64,000 nucleotides of DNA from an uncultured Clostridia bacterium (GCA_934757825.1 CAKVLP010000001.1:622869-686868), one strand, 5' to 3'; numbered from the stretch's first letter, positions 1 to 9,235 are shown. Translations and numbers: made by a program. Notes: a model not told the origin generated them from the sequence alone.

Positions 1-48
1 TAATCCAGTAAATGCCATATATTCATCTAATGTTTTTATTGCGTCCAT
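1..48 (-). CDS. 5' end of a leftward gene running off the window (MDAIKTLDEYMAFTGL...)
   Basis: The reverse complement of 1-48 reads ATG GAC GCA ATA AAA... and stays open to the window edge. Only 16 codons are visible, so no function can be assigned. Confidence 0.2.
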   Translation of the reverse strand, partial: MDAIKTLDEYMAFTGL

Positions 49-341
49 TTTTTATTTTCCTTTCAAAATGTTTTAGTTAGTTTAGCATATTTTTGCCGAT
101 TTGTAAATAGCAATTTAGTATAACTTTGTGTGTAACTGTATTTATATATATGGTTTTGGTCAAAAAGTGTAAAGAAATTGTCGGAAATGTGTGGTTTTGT
201 ACCTTATACAATGCAGTATGTTGTGGTAAAAACACGTGTAGATATGGTCAAATAACGATTAGCAATGGACTAGAGGGAAATAGTTCTTTACAAGGCGTGT
301 TAAATATTATATAATTATTATAACTAAAAATATGAATTGGA

Positions 342-1241
342 ATGGAGAAAAATATGATTCCCTGTGAAGTTGTAAACTTAAAGAAACTTTATAACTCGGT
401 AGTGGGTGTTGACGATGTGACCTTCAATGTTAAAGAGGGCGAGATTATGGGCTTTATTGGTCCAAACGGCGCGGGCAAAACAACTACTTTGAGGGCGATA
501 ATGGGGCTTATTAAGCCTACAAGTGGCGAGGTGGCAATCCTTAACGAGAGCGCGTTTAAGGACGGCGTAAAGGTGCGTGCCGAGGTTGGATACGCTTGTA
601 GCGACAACGCCATAATTCCTAATTTGACCGTAAAGCAAAATTTGGAGTTTGTGGCGAAAGTCAAGGGCGTAACAATGGACAGAGTGGACGAACTTGCCAC
701 AAAATTGGAACTAAACCTAACTCGAAAAGCCAAGGAGTTGTCGCTAGGCAACAAGAAGAAGTTGGGGCTGGTTATGGCGCTACTATCTTCGCCAAAACTA
801 ATCGTTTTAGATGAGCCAACAAGTGGGCTAGATCCGCTAATCCGCCAAAACCTGTTTAAGATATTGGAGGAGGAGAAAAAGCGCGGGGCGAGCATACTAA
901 TAAGCAGTCACGAACTTACTGAAATCCAAAGGCTTTGCGATAGAGTTGCCATAATTAAAGACGGCAAAATCCTTGCAATTGAGGAAATGGAAGAACTTAA
1001 AACAAAAAGGCTAAAAAACGTGGTTGTTGAGACCGATTATAGCACTCCAAACATCACAATTGCGGGCGCTAGTAATGTTAAGCGCGACGGCAAACTTATG
1101 ACCTTTAATTACAACGGCGAGATGAAAAACCTTGTAAAATATCTTAACAGCATAGATGTGGACAATGTTGAGATAAGCGAGGCGAGCCTTGAAAACATAT
1201 TTATGCACTTCTACGAAGGAGGTTCTAGTGATGAAAAGTAA
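342..1241 (+). CDS. ABC transporter ATP-binding protein
   Basis: Walker A GPNGAGKTT, ABC signature LSLGNKKKL, Walker B LIVLDEPTSGLD, H-loop SSHEL. An alternative start at ATG 354 has better RBS spacing (GGAG at 344-347). Confidence 0.9.
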   Translation: MEKNMIPCEVVNLKKLYNSVVGVDDVTFNVKEGEIMGFIGPNGAGKTTTLRAIMGLIKPTSGEVAILNESAFKDGVKVRAEVGYACSDNAIIPNLTVKQNLEFVAKVKGVTMDRVDELATKLELNLTRKAKELSLGNKKKLGLVMALLSSPKLIVLDEPTSGLDPLIRQNLFKILEEEKKRGASILISSHELTEIQRLCDRVAIIKDGKILAIEEMEELKTKRLKNVVVETDYSTPNITIAGASNVKRDGKLMTFNYNGEMKNLVKYLNSIDVDNVEISEASLENIFMHFYEGGSSDEK

Positions 1242-2025
1242 ATTTATAAATCCAGCATTGTTTCAACTGGAAAAACGTCGCGGGCTTGCTTCTTTGATAT
1301 GGTTTTCGGTTATAACTGCAGTTTTGACTTTCGTATCGGTCGCTATTTTTCCGGCAGTAAAGGACGTTCTTTCTGGAAACGAAACATTTGCTCAACTTGG
1401 ATTTGATTTTTCAAATGTTGCGGTTTATTTAAACGCGGAATTGCTTGAAATGTGGGCGTTGCCTGTGCTACTTTTTGTGGTTTGCTCGGCAATTACAATG
1501 ACCACAAGCGAGTTTAAAAACGGCAGTTTCGAACTTATTTATTCCCTTAATATGAGTAGATCGGAAATACTAAGAACCAAAATGTTTAAGGCGCTAGTTG
1601 ATATTGTAGTCATCAATCTTGTGGCATTTGTTTCGGCTTTGATTGGCGTGCTAGCATTTGGAAACGGCGGGGTGTATATCCCAAATCTTCTAATCTACCT
1701 TTTGGTTATGATTTGTGTTTCGGTGCAAATCTCGGTGCTAACATTTGCTTTGGCGCTTATTGGAAAACGTCGATACAATATGGTTACGGGCATAATCGTG
1801 CTTGTGATATTATATCTACTTTGCAGTCTTATGAATGCGGTTCCTGATGGTTCTACCGATGGGCTAGGGTTTTTGACACCGCTTTCTACCCTTAACGGAA
1901 CTATCTTGGTTGACGGTTTTGCGGGTGTGTTTAAAAAGGGTTTGGTTTTTGCTATTTGGACAGCAATTAGCGTGATTTTAATCACATTTGGTGTGTACAA
2001 ATTCAAAAATGACGACCTTGTTTAG
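1231..2025 (+). CDS. ABC-2 type transporter permease (multi-pass membrane protein)
   Basis: ATG at 1231 overlaps the stop of the upstream ATPase gene. About 6 hydrophobic segments. Typical ATPase-permease pairing. Confidence 0.7.
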   Translation: MKSKFINPALFQLEKRRGLASLIWFSVITAVLTFVSVAIFPAVKDVLSGNETFAQLGFDFSNVAVYLNAELLEMWALPVLLFVVCSAITMTTSEFKNGSFELIYSLNMSRSEILRTKMFKALVDIVVINLVAFVSALIGVLAFGNGGVYIPNLLIYLLVMICVSVQISVLTFALALIGKRRYNMVTGIIVLVILYLLCSLMNAVPDGSTDGLGFLTPLSTLNGTILVDGFAGVFKKGLVFAIWTAISVILITFGVYKFKNDDLV

Positions 2026-2167
2026 GCGGAACGCAGGCGTCAAATTACTACAAAAAAGTTCTAAAAAAGTGCTTGCAATTTATATTGATTTATATTATAA
2101 TATACTTAGAATTTAAAATATTAAATAGAGTTTCTTAATTGGGCTCTATTTTTTATGAAAATTTGCA

Positions 2168-2197
2168 TTGACAATAGTGCCACCTAAGTGTTATTAT
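2168..2197 (+). promoter_or_regulatory. sigma-A type promoter for rpmG-secE-nusG
   Basis: TTGACA (2168-2173), 18-nt spacer, TGtTATTAT extended -10 (2189-2197), about 40 nt upstream of rpmG. Confidence 0.55.
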
Positions 2198-2234
2198 ATG
2201 TACGCTAATAGGCATTTATTTTGTGGAGGAAATT

Positions 2235-2396
2235 ATGAAGAAAGGTAATAGAATAAATGTTGGTCTTGCTTGCACAGAATGCAAACGCAAAAATTACAGC
2301 AGTGAGAAAAACAAAAAGAACAACCCAGAAAGAATTGAACTAACTAAGTACTGTCCAGCTTGCAAGAAACATACTGTTCATAAAGAGAGCAAATAG
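2235..2396 (+). CDS. rpmG: 50S ribosomal protein L33
   Basis: 53-aa ORF absent from the ORF track (<60 aa): [53 protein letters not shown]. It has the CxxC...CxxC zinc ribbon and the conserved position upstream of secE-nusG. RBS GGAGGA lies upstream. Confidence 0.9.
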   Translation: MKKGNRINVGLACTECKRKNYSSEKNKKNNPERIELTKYCPACKKHTVHKESK

Positions 2397-2423
2397 TCTT
2401 AATTTTTTTGAAGGAGTCAGATA

Positions 2424-2738
2424 ATGGCAAAAAAAGAAAAAGAACAAATAACAGAGGTTGAGGTTATCGAACCAGACACAGAAAAAACTTCAAAGGGTAA
2501 AAAACAAGACAAGGCAAATACTAAGAAATCAAACAAAAAATCCAAAGACGCTAAAAAAGGCGGTTTGGGCAAAAAGATGAAGGAAAGCCTTAGCGAAATC
2601 AAAAAGGTTTCGTGGCCTTCTTTTGGCAAAACTGTAAAACAAACCGGTATGGTTATCGGGGTTGTTGCAATTTGCACACTTTTGTTGTTTGGTGTAGATA
2701 GATTGCTTGGCTGGTTGTTTACTTTGTTTGCATATTAA
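2424..2738 (+). CDS. secE: preprotein translocase subunit SecE with a long Lys-rich N-terminal extension
   Basis: C-terminal KKVSWPS...single TM (GMVIGVVAICTLLLFGV) matches the SecE core. Position is rpmG-secE-nusG. Confidence 0.85.
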   Translation: MAKKEKEQITEVEVIEPDTEKTSKGKKQDKANTKKSNKKSKDAKKGGLGKKMKESLSEIKKVSWPSFGKTVKQTGMVIGVVAICTLLLFGVDRLLGWLFTLFAY

Positions 2739-2754
2739 AAAGGGGGGATTTTAG

Positions 2755-3363
2755 ATGGACGAAAATGAAATTCTAGAAACAAAACCTGAAACAGTGCAAG
2801 CAGAAGCGACCCCAGCTGTCGATGAGGAGATGGCTCGTCTTAGAGAAGAAGCAAAATGGTATGTTTTGCACACATATTCTGGTTATGAAAATGTGGCTAA
2901 GGAAAACTTGGAAATTGTTATTGATAAATACGCTTTACAAAAACGTATCTTTGACATCATTATCCCTATGGAAGATGTTGTTGAGGAAAAAAACGGCAAG
3001 CGTCAAGTTGTTTCGCGCAAACTTATGCCAGGTTACATCATCGTTAAGATGATTTATGGCGACGACATTTGGCACGCAATTACTCGTACTAGAGGCATCA
3101 CTGGTTTCGTAGGTCCTAAGGGAAGACCTCTTCCTTTGACCGAAGAAGAAATCCACAAAATGCGTCTTGAAAGAGTTGCTGTTGTGGCTACCGACCTACA
3201 AGAAAACGACAAGGTTGAGGTGCTTGAAGGCGCTTTGAACGGCTTTGTTGGTACTGTTGTGTCTGTTGACGCTGTGGCAAACAAGTGTCGCGTTATTGTA
3301 GAAATGTTTGGCAGGGAAACACCTGTTGATCTAAGTCTAGAACAAGTTAGAAAAGTTGACTAA
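2755..3363 (+). CDS. nusG: transcription termination/antitermination factor NusG
   Basis: WYVLHTYSGYE NGN-domain start and a C-terminal KOW region (GDKVEVLEGALNGFVGTVVSVD). Conserved synteny. Confidence 0.95.
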   Translation: MDENEILETKPETVQAEATPAVDEEMARLREEAKWYVLHTYSGYENVAKENLEIVIDKYALQKRIFDIIIPMEDVVEEKNGKRQVVSRKLMPGYIIVKMIYGDDIWHAITRTRGITGFVGPKGRPLPLTEEEIHKMRLERVAVVATDLQENDKVEVLEGALNGFVGTVVSVDAVANKCRVIVEMFGRETPVDLSLEQVRKVD

Positions 3364-3497
3364 TTTTGATAATTTTTAGCGGTTTCGCTATGAATTATAT
3401 ATGGTTGTCCCTGTGGCAACCCGTGGGAGAAGTGTAAATCTATTATGCACTTTGTAAATACCACAAACGCCAATGTTATTTTGGCAGGAGGATATAT

Positions 3498-3935
3498 ATG
3501 GCAGCAGATCCAAAGAAAAAAGTAAATGCAGTTGTTAAACTACAACTTAATGCCGGTAAGGCTACGGCTGGCCCACCAGTTGGTTCGTCTCTTGGTCCTC
3601 ACGGAATCAATATTCCTGCGTTCACCAAAGAGTTTAACGAAAAAACGGCTAGTCAAGAAGGTTTAGTTATTCCAGTTGTGATTACAATCTATGCTGATAG
3701 GTCTTTCTCGTTTGTGCTAAAAACTCCACCAGCAGCAGTTTTGATTAAAAAGGCTTGTGGAATTGAAAGTGGCGCTGCAAACTCTATCAAACAAAAAGTT
3801 GCAACAATCACTAAGGCTCAAATTAGAGAAATCGCAGAATTAAAAATGCCAGACCTAAATGCTAGTTCTATCGAAAGTGCTATGAGCATGATTGAAGGTA
3901 CTTGCAGAAGTATGGGCGTAAAAGTAGTAGAATAA
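3498..3935 (+). CDS. rplK: 50S ribosomal protein L11
   Basis: [27 protein letters not shown] is the L11 signature region. RBS GGAGGA. Confidence 0.97.
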   Translation: MAADPKKKVNAVVKLQLNAGKATAGPPVGSSLGPHGINIPAFTKEFNEKTASQEGLVIPVVITIYADRSFSFVLKTPPAAVLIKKACGIESGAANSIKQKVATITKAQIREIAELKMPDLNASSIESAMSMIEGTCRSMGVKVVE

Positions 3936-3991
3936 TTAAAAAAATAAGTGGGAGAGTAGAAGATACTTGTTAAAACCACAAGGAGGAATTT

Positions 3992-4678
3992 ATGAATAAA
4001 GGTAAAAGATATGTAGAAAGTGCCAAACTTGTAAACAGATCTACCGCATACGAAGTAGAAGAGGCGTTCAATCTTGTAGAGCAAACAGCTAAGGCTAAGT
4101 TTGACGAAACAGTTGAACTTCACGTTCGTCTTGGCGTAGATGGCAGAAATGCTGATCAACAAGTTAGAGGCGTAGTTGTACTACCTCATGGTACTGGTAA
4201 AAAAGTGAAAGTGTTTGTTCTTGCTAAGGGCGACAACGCTGACGCCGCTGAAAAGGCTGGTGCTGACGTTGTTGGTGGCGAGGAAATGATCGCTAAAATC
4301 CAACAAGGCTGGCTTGATTTTGATGTTTGCGTAACAACTCCTGATATGATGCCTATCGTAGGTAGAGTTGCTAAAATCTTAGGTCCTAAGGGCTTAATGC
4401 CAAACCCTAAGAGTGGAACCGTTACTACAAACGTAGCAAAGGCTATCCAAGAGATTAAAGCTGGTAAAGTTGAATACAGACTAGACAAAAACAACATCGT
4501 TCACGTTATGGTTGGTAAAGTAAGTTTTGGTAACGAGAAGTTGATTGAAAACTTCAAAGCCGTTATGGAAGCACTTGTTAAAGCAAAACCAGCCGCTGCA
4601 AAAGGTACTTATATCAAGAGTGTATCTGTTAGTAGCACTATGGGACCTGGAATCAAAGTTGATTATAAGGGTGTTTAA
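3992..4678 (+). CDS. rplA: 50S ribosomal protein L1
   Basis: [24 protein letters not shown] and [15 protein letters not shown] are L1 motifs. It follows rplK. Confidence 0.97.
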   Translation: MNKGKRYVESAKLVNRSTAYEVEEAFNLVEQTAKAKFDETVELHVRLGVDGRNADQQVRGVVVLPHGTGKKVKVFVLAKGDNADAAEKAGADVVGGEEMIAKIQQGWLDFDVCVTTPDMMPIVGRVAKILGPKGLMPNPKSGTVTTNVAKAIQEIKAGKVEYRLDKNNIVHVMVGKVSFGNEKLIENFKAVMEALVKAKPAAAKGTYIKSVSVSSTMGPGIKVDYKGV

Positions 4679-4684
4679 TAACAA

Positions 4685-4716
4685 AAAAGATTGGATTTTA
4701 TACCAATCTTTTTTTT
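4685..4716 (+). terminator. rho-independent terminator after rplA
   Basis: Stem AAAAGATTGG / CCAATCTTTT with an 8-nt loop, followed by a T-run. Confidence 0.8.
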
Positions 4717-4944
4717 GTAGCGAAGCACAAAAACCAAAATGAATAGACGCCAAAATGAATAAAAACCAAAGGCGAAAGAAAAACAGAAACAATAAAAAAT
4801 CAAAATCAATAGTAAAAACAAAACAACTAAACGCGTCAAACTAACAGCGAAAACAAAGTGGTCAAAAATGGTTAAAATTAGTCAATATGCACAAAAATAA
4901 AGATTGTACGTTTTTACAAAGTTTTGTATTTTAAATTTGCTTGG

Positions 4945-4973
4945 TTGACGAGAGTGTAACTGTGTGCTACACT
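4945..4973 (+). promoter_or_regulatory. sigma-A type promoter for the ThyX-like gene
   Basis: TTGACG (4945-4950), 17-nt spacer, TGcTACACT extended -10 (4965-4973). The RBS GGAGGA follows. Confidence 0.5.
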
Positions 4974-4999
4974 TAGTCAAAAAAAACGGAGGATAAGGT

Positions 5000-6220
5000 A
5001 TGAAAATTTCGGTAATAGGTTCAACAAAGTCTGGCTATCAAGCGACCAAAAGAGAGTTTGATATTGCTGGTGGGCATTCGGCAGGCATATGTTATATGGC
5101 GTACGATTTTGACACAATCCAAAATGAGCCAGTTGAAAAAACTGATAGAAGGATTGCTCAGACAAAGGGCGGTGGGCATCATAGTGTGTACGACCACACA
5201 TCAATAAGTTTTTATTTCGAGGATATTCCTAAGGGGCTTGCAATGCTTCTTAACAACGAGAGAATGTACACCACAAGTGAGAAGTCGGCGCGTTACACTA
5301 AGATGGTGCTAAGCGAGCAAGAACAAGTGCTATACGACAAGTGGATTGAGATTTATGCAAAACAGATTAGGGATACATATGGCGCTAAATATCCCGAACG
5401 CTTTAACGATAGAAAAATCACAAAACTTGCACAAGAAAATGCAAGATATTTGACATCGGTTTTGACACCAACATCAATGAAATACACTGTTAGTTATCGT
5501 CAACTAAATTACTTATATGGCTTTTTCAGAGACGAAATTGATAGGAAAGAAAACAACACCTTTATGCGACTTATAAAGCCAGCGATGAAAGAGTTTTGCG
5601 ATGCCCTAGATAAGACCGATTACATCGACCCAAGCCTTCGCGATAATAAGGGCAGAAAGTTGTCACTAATAACCGAAGCGCCAGTTGAAACATATTATGG
5701 CGACGTGTATGCCACAACTTACAAAGGCTCATATGCACAATACGCTCAGGCACAGCGTCATAGGTCGCTGTCTTATTCAATTGCCGAACTCCCAGAACCT
5801 GAGTTTTATATCCCACCAATTATTCGCACCGACGACGATTTAGCAAAGGAATGGGTAGAGGATTGTAAATCGCTGACAACTGTTTTGCCACAAGGTATGC
5901 TTGTGGAAATCACCGAAATGGGAACTCTTGACAATTTCATTTTGAAAATGAAAGAGCGCAAATGTGGCGAAGCACAACTTGAAATAAACCAACAAACTAA
6001 CGAAACGCTAAAACAGTATTTGCAAGCACTTCGTGACAGAAAACATATGCTTACTGACAAAAATGTGGGCAAAGTTGACAATAATACACAACTAAAAAGT
6101 GTGCAAAACAAAATTGATAAACTAGAACCATATACAAAAGGCGCACGTTGTGTGGCTGGATTTAAGTGTACACAGCCTTGTGGTTTCCCAGAAGGCGTGA
6201 AAGAAACTAGGCTAATATAG
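5000..6220 (+). CDS. ThyX-like (flavin-dependent thymidylate synthase family) protein, apparently a fused tandem duplication
   Basis: The N-half GGGHHSVYDHTSISFYFEDIPKGLAMLLNNERMYTTSEKSARY parallels ThyX HETPFEH..F.F....SR....Q..RHR..S....S.RY, with RHR replaced by NER. The second half has YAQAQRHRSLSYS...EFYIPP, matching the ThyX RHR motif and the EFYIP segment. At 406 aa it is about twice the length of a usual ThyX. Confidence 0.6.
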   Translation: MKISVIGSTKSGYQATKREFDIAGGHSAGICYMAYDFDTIQNEPVEKTDRRIAQTKGGGHHSVYDHTSISFYFEDIPKGLAMLLNNERMYTTSEKSARYTKMVLSEQEQVLYDKWIEIYAKQIRDTYGAKYPERFNDRKITKLAQENARYLTSVLTPTSMKYTVSYRQLNYLYGFFRDEIDRKENNTFMRLIKPAMKEFCDALDKTDYIDPSLRDNKGRKLSLITEAPVETYYGDVYATTYKGSYAQYAQAQRHRSLSYSIAELPEPEFYIPPIIRTDDDLAKEWVEDCKSLTTVLPQGMLVEITEMGTLDNFILKMKERKCGEAQLEINQQTNETLKQYLQALRDRKHMLTDKNVGKVDNNTQLKSVQNKIDKLEPYTKGARCVAGFKCTQPCGFPEGVKETRLI

Positions 6221-6260
6221 TCCTAAAAAATGCGATATGAAAACAAAAAAATACGAGACA

Positions 6261-7019
6261 TTATTGCTCGTATTTTTTTAATAACTTGGCTGGAATATTG
6301 GAGGCGATAACCGAATTGAAGTTGGTGGAGAACATATTAAATTGTGCGTCCACTTCCTTGCGAATATCATCTATTATGTTAATTGATTTAAGGTCGGATT
6401 TTTGTTGTTTTAATTCGGTTTTAAATTTAAGTAGTAAAGTGTCTACATATATATCAAAACTTTGGGTCAAGTTTTTGACAAAACTCTGCATTTCAATTTG
6501 CGTGAAAAAACTGTTTGCAATTGACTTAGGTGTTGCTGTTTGAAGCACAGGGTGCTTTTGAAGGTAGTTAAGAATTACTTCGAATACGCCCTTGCCCTCA
6601 AACTGTGTGCCAGATAAGGTAAAGTTTTTTAAAGCATTGGCAAGTGCGAGGTAAATATTTTTGTTGCCCTTAGGCGAGTAGTACACGCTTGCGTTTATGT
6701 TACTCAAAACTGATAATCTTGCAAAGCCTTTCTCAGTTAGGGCATTCCCCTCAATCGAGTTTTGACTTGCAATGTCGCTATCTGTAATACACTTCAAACT
6801 AGCTTGTTTGCACGCAGACATAGGTTTTATTAAGTTGTTTTCAAGCAAAATTGTCTTTGCTTGCAGACTTAGTGTGCCCTCTGGCAATTTAAATTGTTTT
6901 ACAATTTCCCCGTACAAGTAATTGATGAGTGTCGCTTTTTTGTTGTAATAATTTGCTTGTAGGAAAAAAATTTGCCACATTGAATCGATGCACAAGTCCT
7001 CCAAACGAACTTCGTCCAT
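6261..7019 (-). CDS. hypothetical protein (252 aa, soluble, no recognisable motif)
   Basis: Long ORF with RBS (AGGAGA) upstream of the ATG at 7019. Convergent with the ThyX-like gene. Confidence 0.6.
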   Translation of the reverse strand: MDEVRLEDLCIDSMWQIFFLQANYYNKKATLINYLYGEIVKQFKLPEGTLSLQAKTILLENNLIKPMSACKQASLKCITDSDIASQNSIEGNALTEKGFARLSVLSNINASVYYSPKGNKNIYLALANALKNFTLSGTQFEGKGVFEVILNYLQKHPVLQTATPKSIANSFFTQIEMQSFVKNLTQSFDIYVDTLLLKFKTELKQQKSDLKSINIIDDIRKEVDAQFNMFSTNFNSVIASNIPAKLLKKYEQ

Positions 7020-7140
7020 TTTCCATTTCTCCTAATTTAATTATATGTTAAGTGCAATTTTTAGTCAAATTTTCTAAACACATTTTTGATTAAATTATCT
7101 TATGTATTTTGCTTTTTTATATTTATTTGCCCAAAAACCC

Positions 7141-7169
7141 TTGACAAGCAAGGCGTGTTGTATTACAAT
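7141..7169 (+). promoter_or_regulatory. consensus sigma-A promoter for rplJL
   Basis: TTGACA (7141-7146), 17-nt spacer, TACAAT (7164-7169). Confidence 0.7.
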
Positions 7170-7175
7170 AGGCAC

Positions 7176-7324
7176 GTAAATTAAATAATTTGACGCCAAA
7201 GACAGCAAGTGTAAAGGTAAATCTTGCCGAGGAGTAAAGTGATATTAAACTAGATTTTTCTATCCTTATGCTTTTGGCGTAAGGATTTTTTGTTTACAAA
7301 AACATTTTAAAAAGGAGAAATAAG
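7176..7324 (+). promoter_or_regulatory. ribosomal protein L10 leader (autoregulatory attenuator)
   Basis: About 150-nt 5' UTR between the promoter and rplJ. It ends in an intrinsic terminator hairpin, TCCTTATGC-TTTTG-GCGTAAGGA plus a T-run (7262-7292). The upstream segment TTTGACGCCAAAG can pair with CTTTTGGCGTAA as an alternative structure. This position and architecture match the Firmicutes L10 leader. Confidence 0.6.
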
Positions 7325-7813
7325 GTGAGCGCAAATAAAGAAAACAAAAAGCAGATCGTTGCTGAATTAGTTGAAACTTTTAAAGACGCTAAATCGATGA
7401 TTTTCGTAGACTATCGTGGACTTACTGTTTCGGAAGACACTACAATGAGAAAAGCATTCCGTGCAGAAAATGTTAAGTACAGAGTTTGCAAAAACAATCT
7501 ATTTAAGCTTGCTTTAAAGGAACTTGGCGTTAAAGATTTCGACGAAAAACAATTCGAAGGCACAACAGCCGTTGTATTTGGTGAAGACGAAGTTAACCCA
7601 GCAAAATTGTTCTGCAAGTCTTCAAAAGACTTTAACAAAATGGAAGTGAAGTTTGGCATTGTTAATGGCGAGATTATGGACAAGGCGCAAGTTGAGGCTC
7701 TTGCTAAGATCCCTACAAAACCTGTTCTTATTGCTATGTTGCTTGGTACACTTCAAGGCCCTATTTCTGCTTTCGCTAGGGCATTAAATCAAATAGCAGA
7801 AAAACAAAACTAA
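7325..7813 (+). CDS. rplJ: 50S ribosomal protein L10
   Basis: GTG start 7 nt after [14 protein letters not shown] and the C-terminal L12-binding helix are present. Followed by rplL. Confidence 0.95.
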   Translation: MSANKENKKQIVAELVETFKDAKSMIFVDYRGLTVSEDTTMRKAFRAENVKYRVCKNNLFKLALKELGVKDFDEKQFEGTTAVVFGEDEVNPAKLFCKSSKDFNKMEVKFGIVNGEIMDKAQVEALAKIPTKPVLIAMLLGTLQGPISAFARALNQIAEKQN

Positions 7814-7841
7814 AAAAAGTATTATTTGGAGGAAATTTAAA

Positions 7842-8213
7842 ATGGCAGATTTAAAGAAATTTGTAGATGAAATCAAAGGTCTAACTGTACTAGAAGTTAG
7901 CGAATTAGTAAAAATGTTGGAAGAAGAGTTTGGCGTAAGCGCAGCTGCTCCTATGGCTATGGCTGCTGCTCCTGCTGATGCACCTGCTGCAGCAGAAGAG
8001 AAGACTGAATTCACAGTTGTATTGAAGGAAGTTGGTCCAAACAAAATTGCTGTTATCAAAGCAGTTAAAGAAATTACAGGTCTTGGTCTTGGCGAAGCTA
8101 AGGCTATGGTTGATGGCGCTCCTGCTACAATCAAAGAGAACGTTCATACAGAAGACGCTAAGGCTATGGAAGCTAAGCTTAAAGAGGCTGGCGCAACTGT
8201 TGAGCTTAAATAA
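7842..8213 (+). CDS. rplL: 50S ribosomal protein L7/L12
   Basis: Ala-rich hinge [21 protein letters not shown] and C-terminal domain [27 protein letters not shown]. Confidence 0.97.
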   Translation: MADLKKFVDEIKGLTVLEVSELVKMLEEEFGVSAAAPMAMAAAPADAPAAAEEKTEFTVVLKEVGPNKIAVIKAVKEITGLGLGEAKAMVDGAPATIKENVHTEDAKAMEAKLKEAGATVELK

Positions 8214-8232
8214 TTCCGATTTAAAATGTTTT

Positions 8233-8262
8233 AAAAAAATCACCTATCTAGGTGATTTTTTT
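8233..8262. terminator. bidirectional rho-independent terminator (rplL / DUF1540 gene)
   Basis: Hairpin ATCACCT-ATCT-AGGTGAT flanked by an A-run on the left and a T-run on the right. Confidence 0.8.
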
Positions 8263-8584
8263 ATCGCTCTATAAATGTTATGCAGTCTGCCTCTTTGGGT
8301 GCGGTGTTTTGAATAGTGACCCCGTTGGCATAACATTTGCCTTCGCGATTAAATAAACATTGCGCTTTGCACTCAATGTCCACAGTTTTGTTGTGGCGGT
8401 AAGGGTGAATGTCGGGCTTTTTCACAAACATATCACGGCTAACATCTTGTTTTTGGCACTCTTTTAGTACTTTTGCTTTTTCATAAGACTTGCACTCGGT
8501 GTCTTTGGACACGTTTATGCCTTTTTTTGTGCAAGAATAGCGGTCGTTGTTGACACAATCAAGTTTTCTACATTTCAAATCCAT
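8261..8584 (-). CDS. DUF1540-type cysteine-rich protein (two repeats)
   Basis: Two copies of the pattern C..(..)C..N....C...G(I/V).(V/I)......C..(Y/F): CRKLDCVNNDRYSCTKKGINV...CKSY and CKAQCLFNREGKCYANGVTI...CITF. Confidence 0.55.
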   Translation of the reverse strand: MDLKCRKLDCVNNDRYSCTKKGINVSKDTECKSYEKAKVLKECQKQDVSRDMFVKKPDIHPYRHNKTVDIECKAQCLFNREGKCYANGVTIQNTAPKEADCITFIER

Positions 8585-8666
8585 AATATAATTCCTTATT
8601 TTTTGTTATATTATTGACTTTTTTTAATATTTTTATTACACTTAAAATATCAAAAGAGAGGTGTAT

Positions 8667-9107
8667 ATGAAAGTTGTATTACTTAAAGACCTTAAAGGCA
8701 AGGGCAAAAAGGGCGACGTTGTAACTGTAAATGATGGATATGCCCAAAACTTTTTAATTCCAAACGGCTACGCGATTGTGGGCAGTTCGATGGCTCTAAA
8801 TGAGGCAAAACAAGCAAAAGATGCAAGCGCGTATCATTTGGAACAGAGCAGACAAAAAGCGCTAGCATTAGCGGGCGAACTTAAAGGCAAAAAACTTACA
8901 ATTGCGGTTAAATCGGGCGCAAATGGCAAGATTTTTGGAAGTGTCACAAACAAAGAAATCGCTGACAACCTAGAAAAAATTGGCTATACTATTGACAAGA
9001 AAAAAATTGAGGTTGAGCAGATTAAAACCTTAGGAGAATATCCAGTAAAAATAAAGTTGTTTACTAATATTACCGCCGAAATTACGGTGAATATTGTAGC
9101 AGAATAA
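8667..9107 (+). CDS. rplI: 50S ribosomal protein L9
   Basis: [32 protein letters not shown] is the L9 N-terminal signature. ATG at 8667 is preferred over GTG at 8661 on RBS (AGAGAGG) spacing. Confidence 0.93.
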   Translation: MKVVLLKDLKGKGKKGDVVTVNDGYAQNFLIPNGYAIVGSSMALNEAKQAKDASAYHLEQSRQKALALAGELKGKKLTIAVKSGANGKIFGSVTNKEIADNLEKIGYTIDKKKIEVEQIKTLGEYPVKIKLFTNITAEITVNIVAE

Positions 9108-9110
9108 TAA

Positions 9111-9139
9111 TGGAAGGACGATAAGTCCTTCATTTTTTT
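9111..9139 (+). terminator. rho-independent terminator after rplI
   Basis: GAAGGAC-GATAA-GTCCTTC followed by ATTTTTTT. Confidence 0.75.
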
Positions 9140-9235
9140 ACCTTTTGACACAAAGTGCCTTATTTTCCTTTCAAAAAAACTCAAAACATATTATAATTAT
9201 ACTTGTAATATTTATATAGTACTAGGAGTACATAA

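Noticed and set aside
126-314. 62-aa Cys-rich ORF in the 290-nt region upstream of the ABC transporter
   Set aside because: It has no RBS and unusual composition, and nothing supports it. The long 5' region may be regulatory, but I could not recognise a riboswitch or leader.
389-895. 168-aa minus-strand ORF and other antisense ORFs (e.g. 7784-8134, 4186-4497, 44534-44974, 57055-57375, 59039-59341)
   Set aside because: All lie inside strongly supported genes on the opposite strand (ABC ATPase, rplL, rplA, groEL, TasA-like genes). They are typical shadow ORFs.
3364-3497. Possible L1-binding or structured leader upstream of rplK (small hairpins TAGCG-GTTT-CGCTA and GGTTG...CAACC, GGGAG element)
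   Set aside because: The stems are only 5 bp, and I cannot match them to a defined leader family by eye. It is left unannotated.
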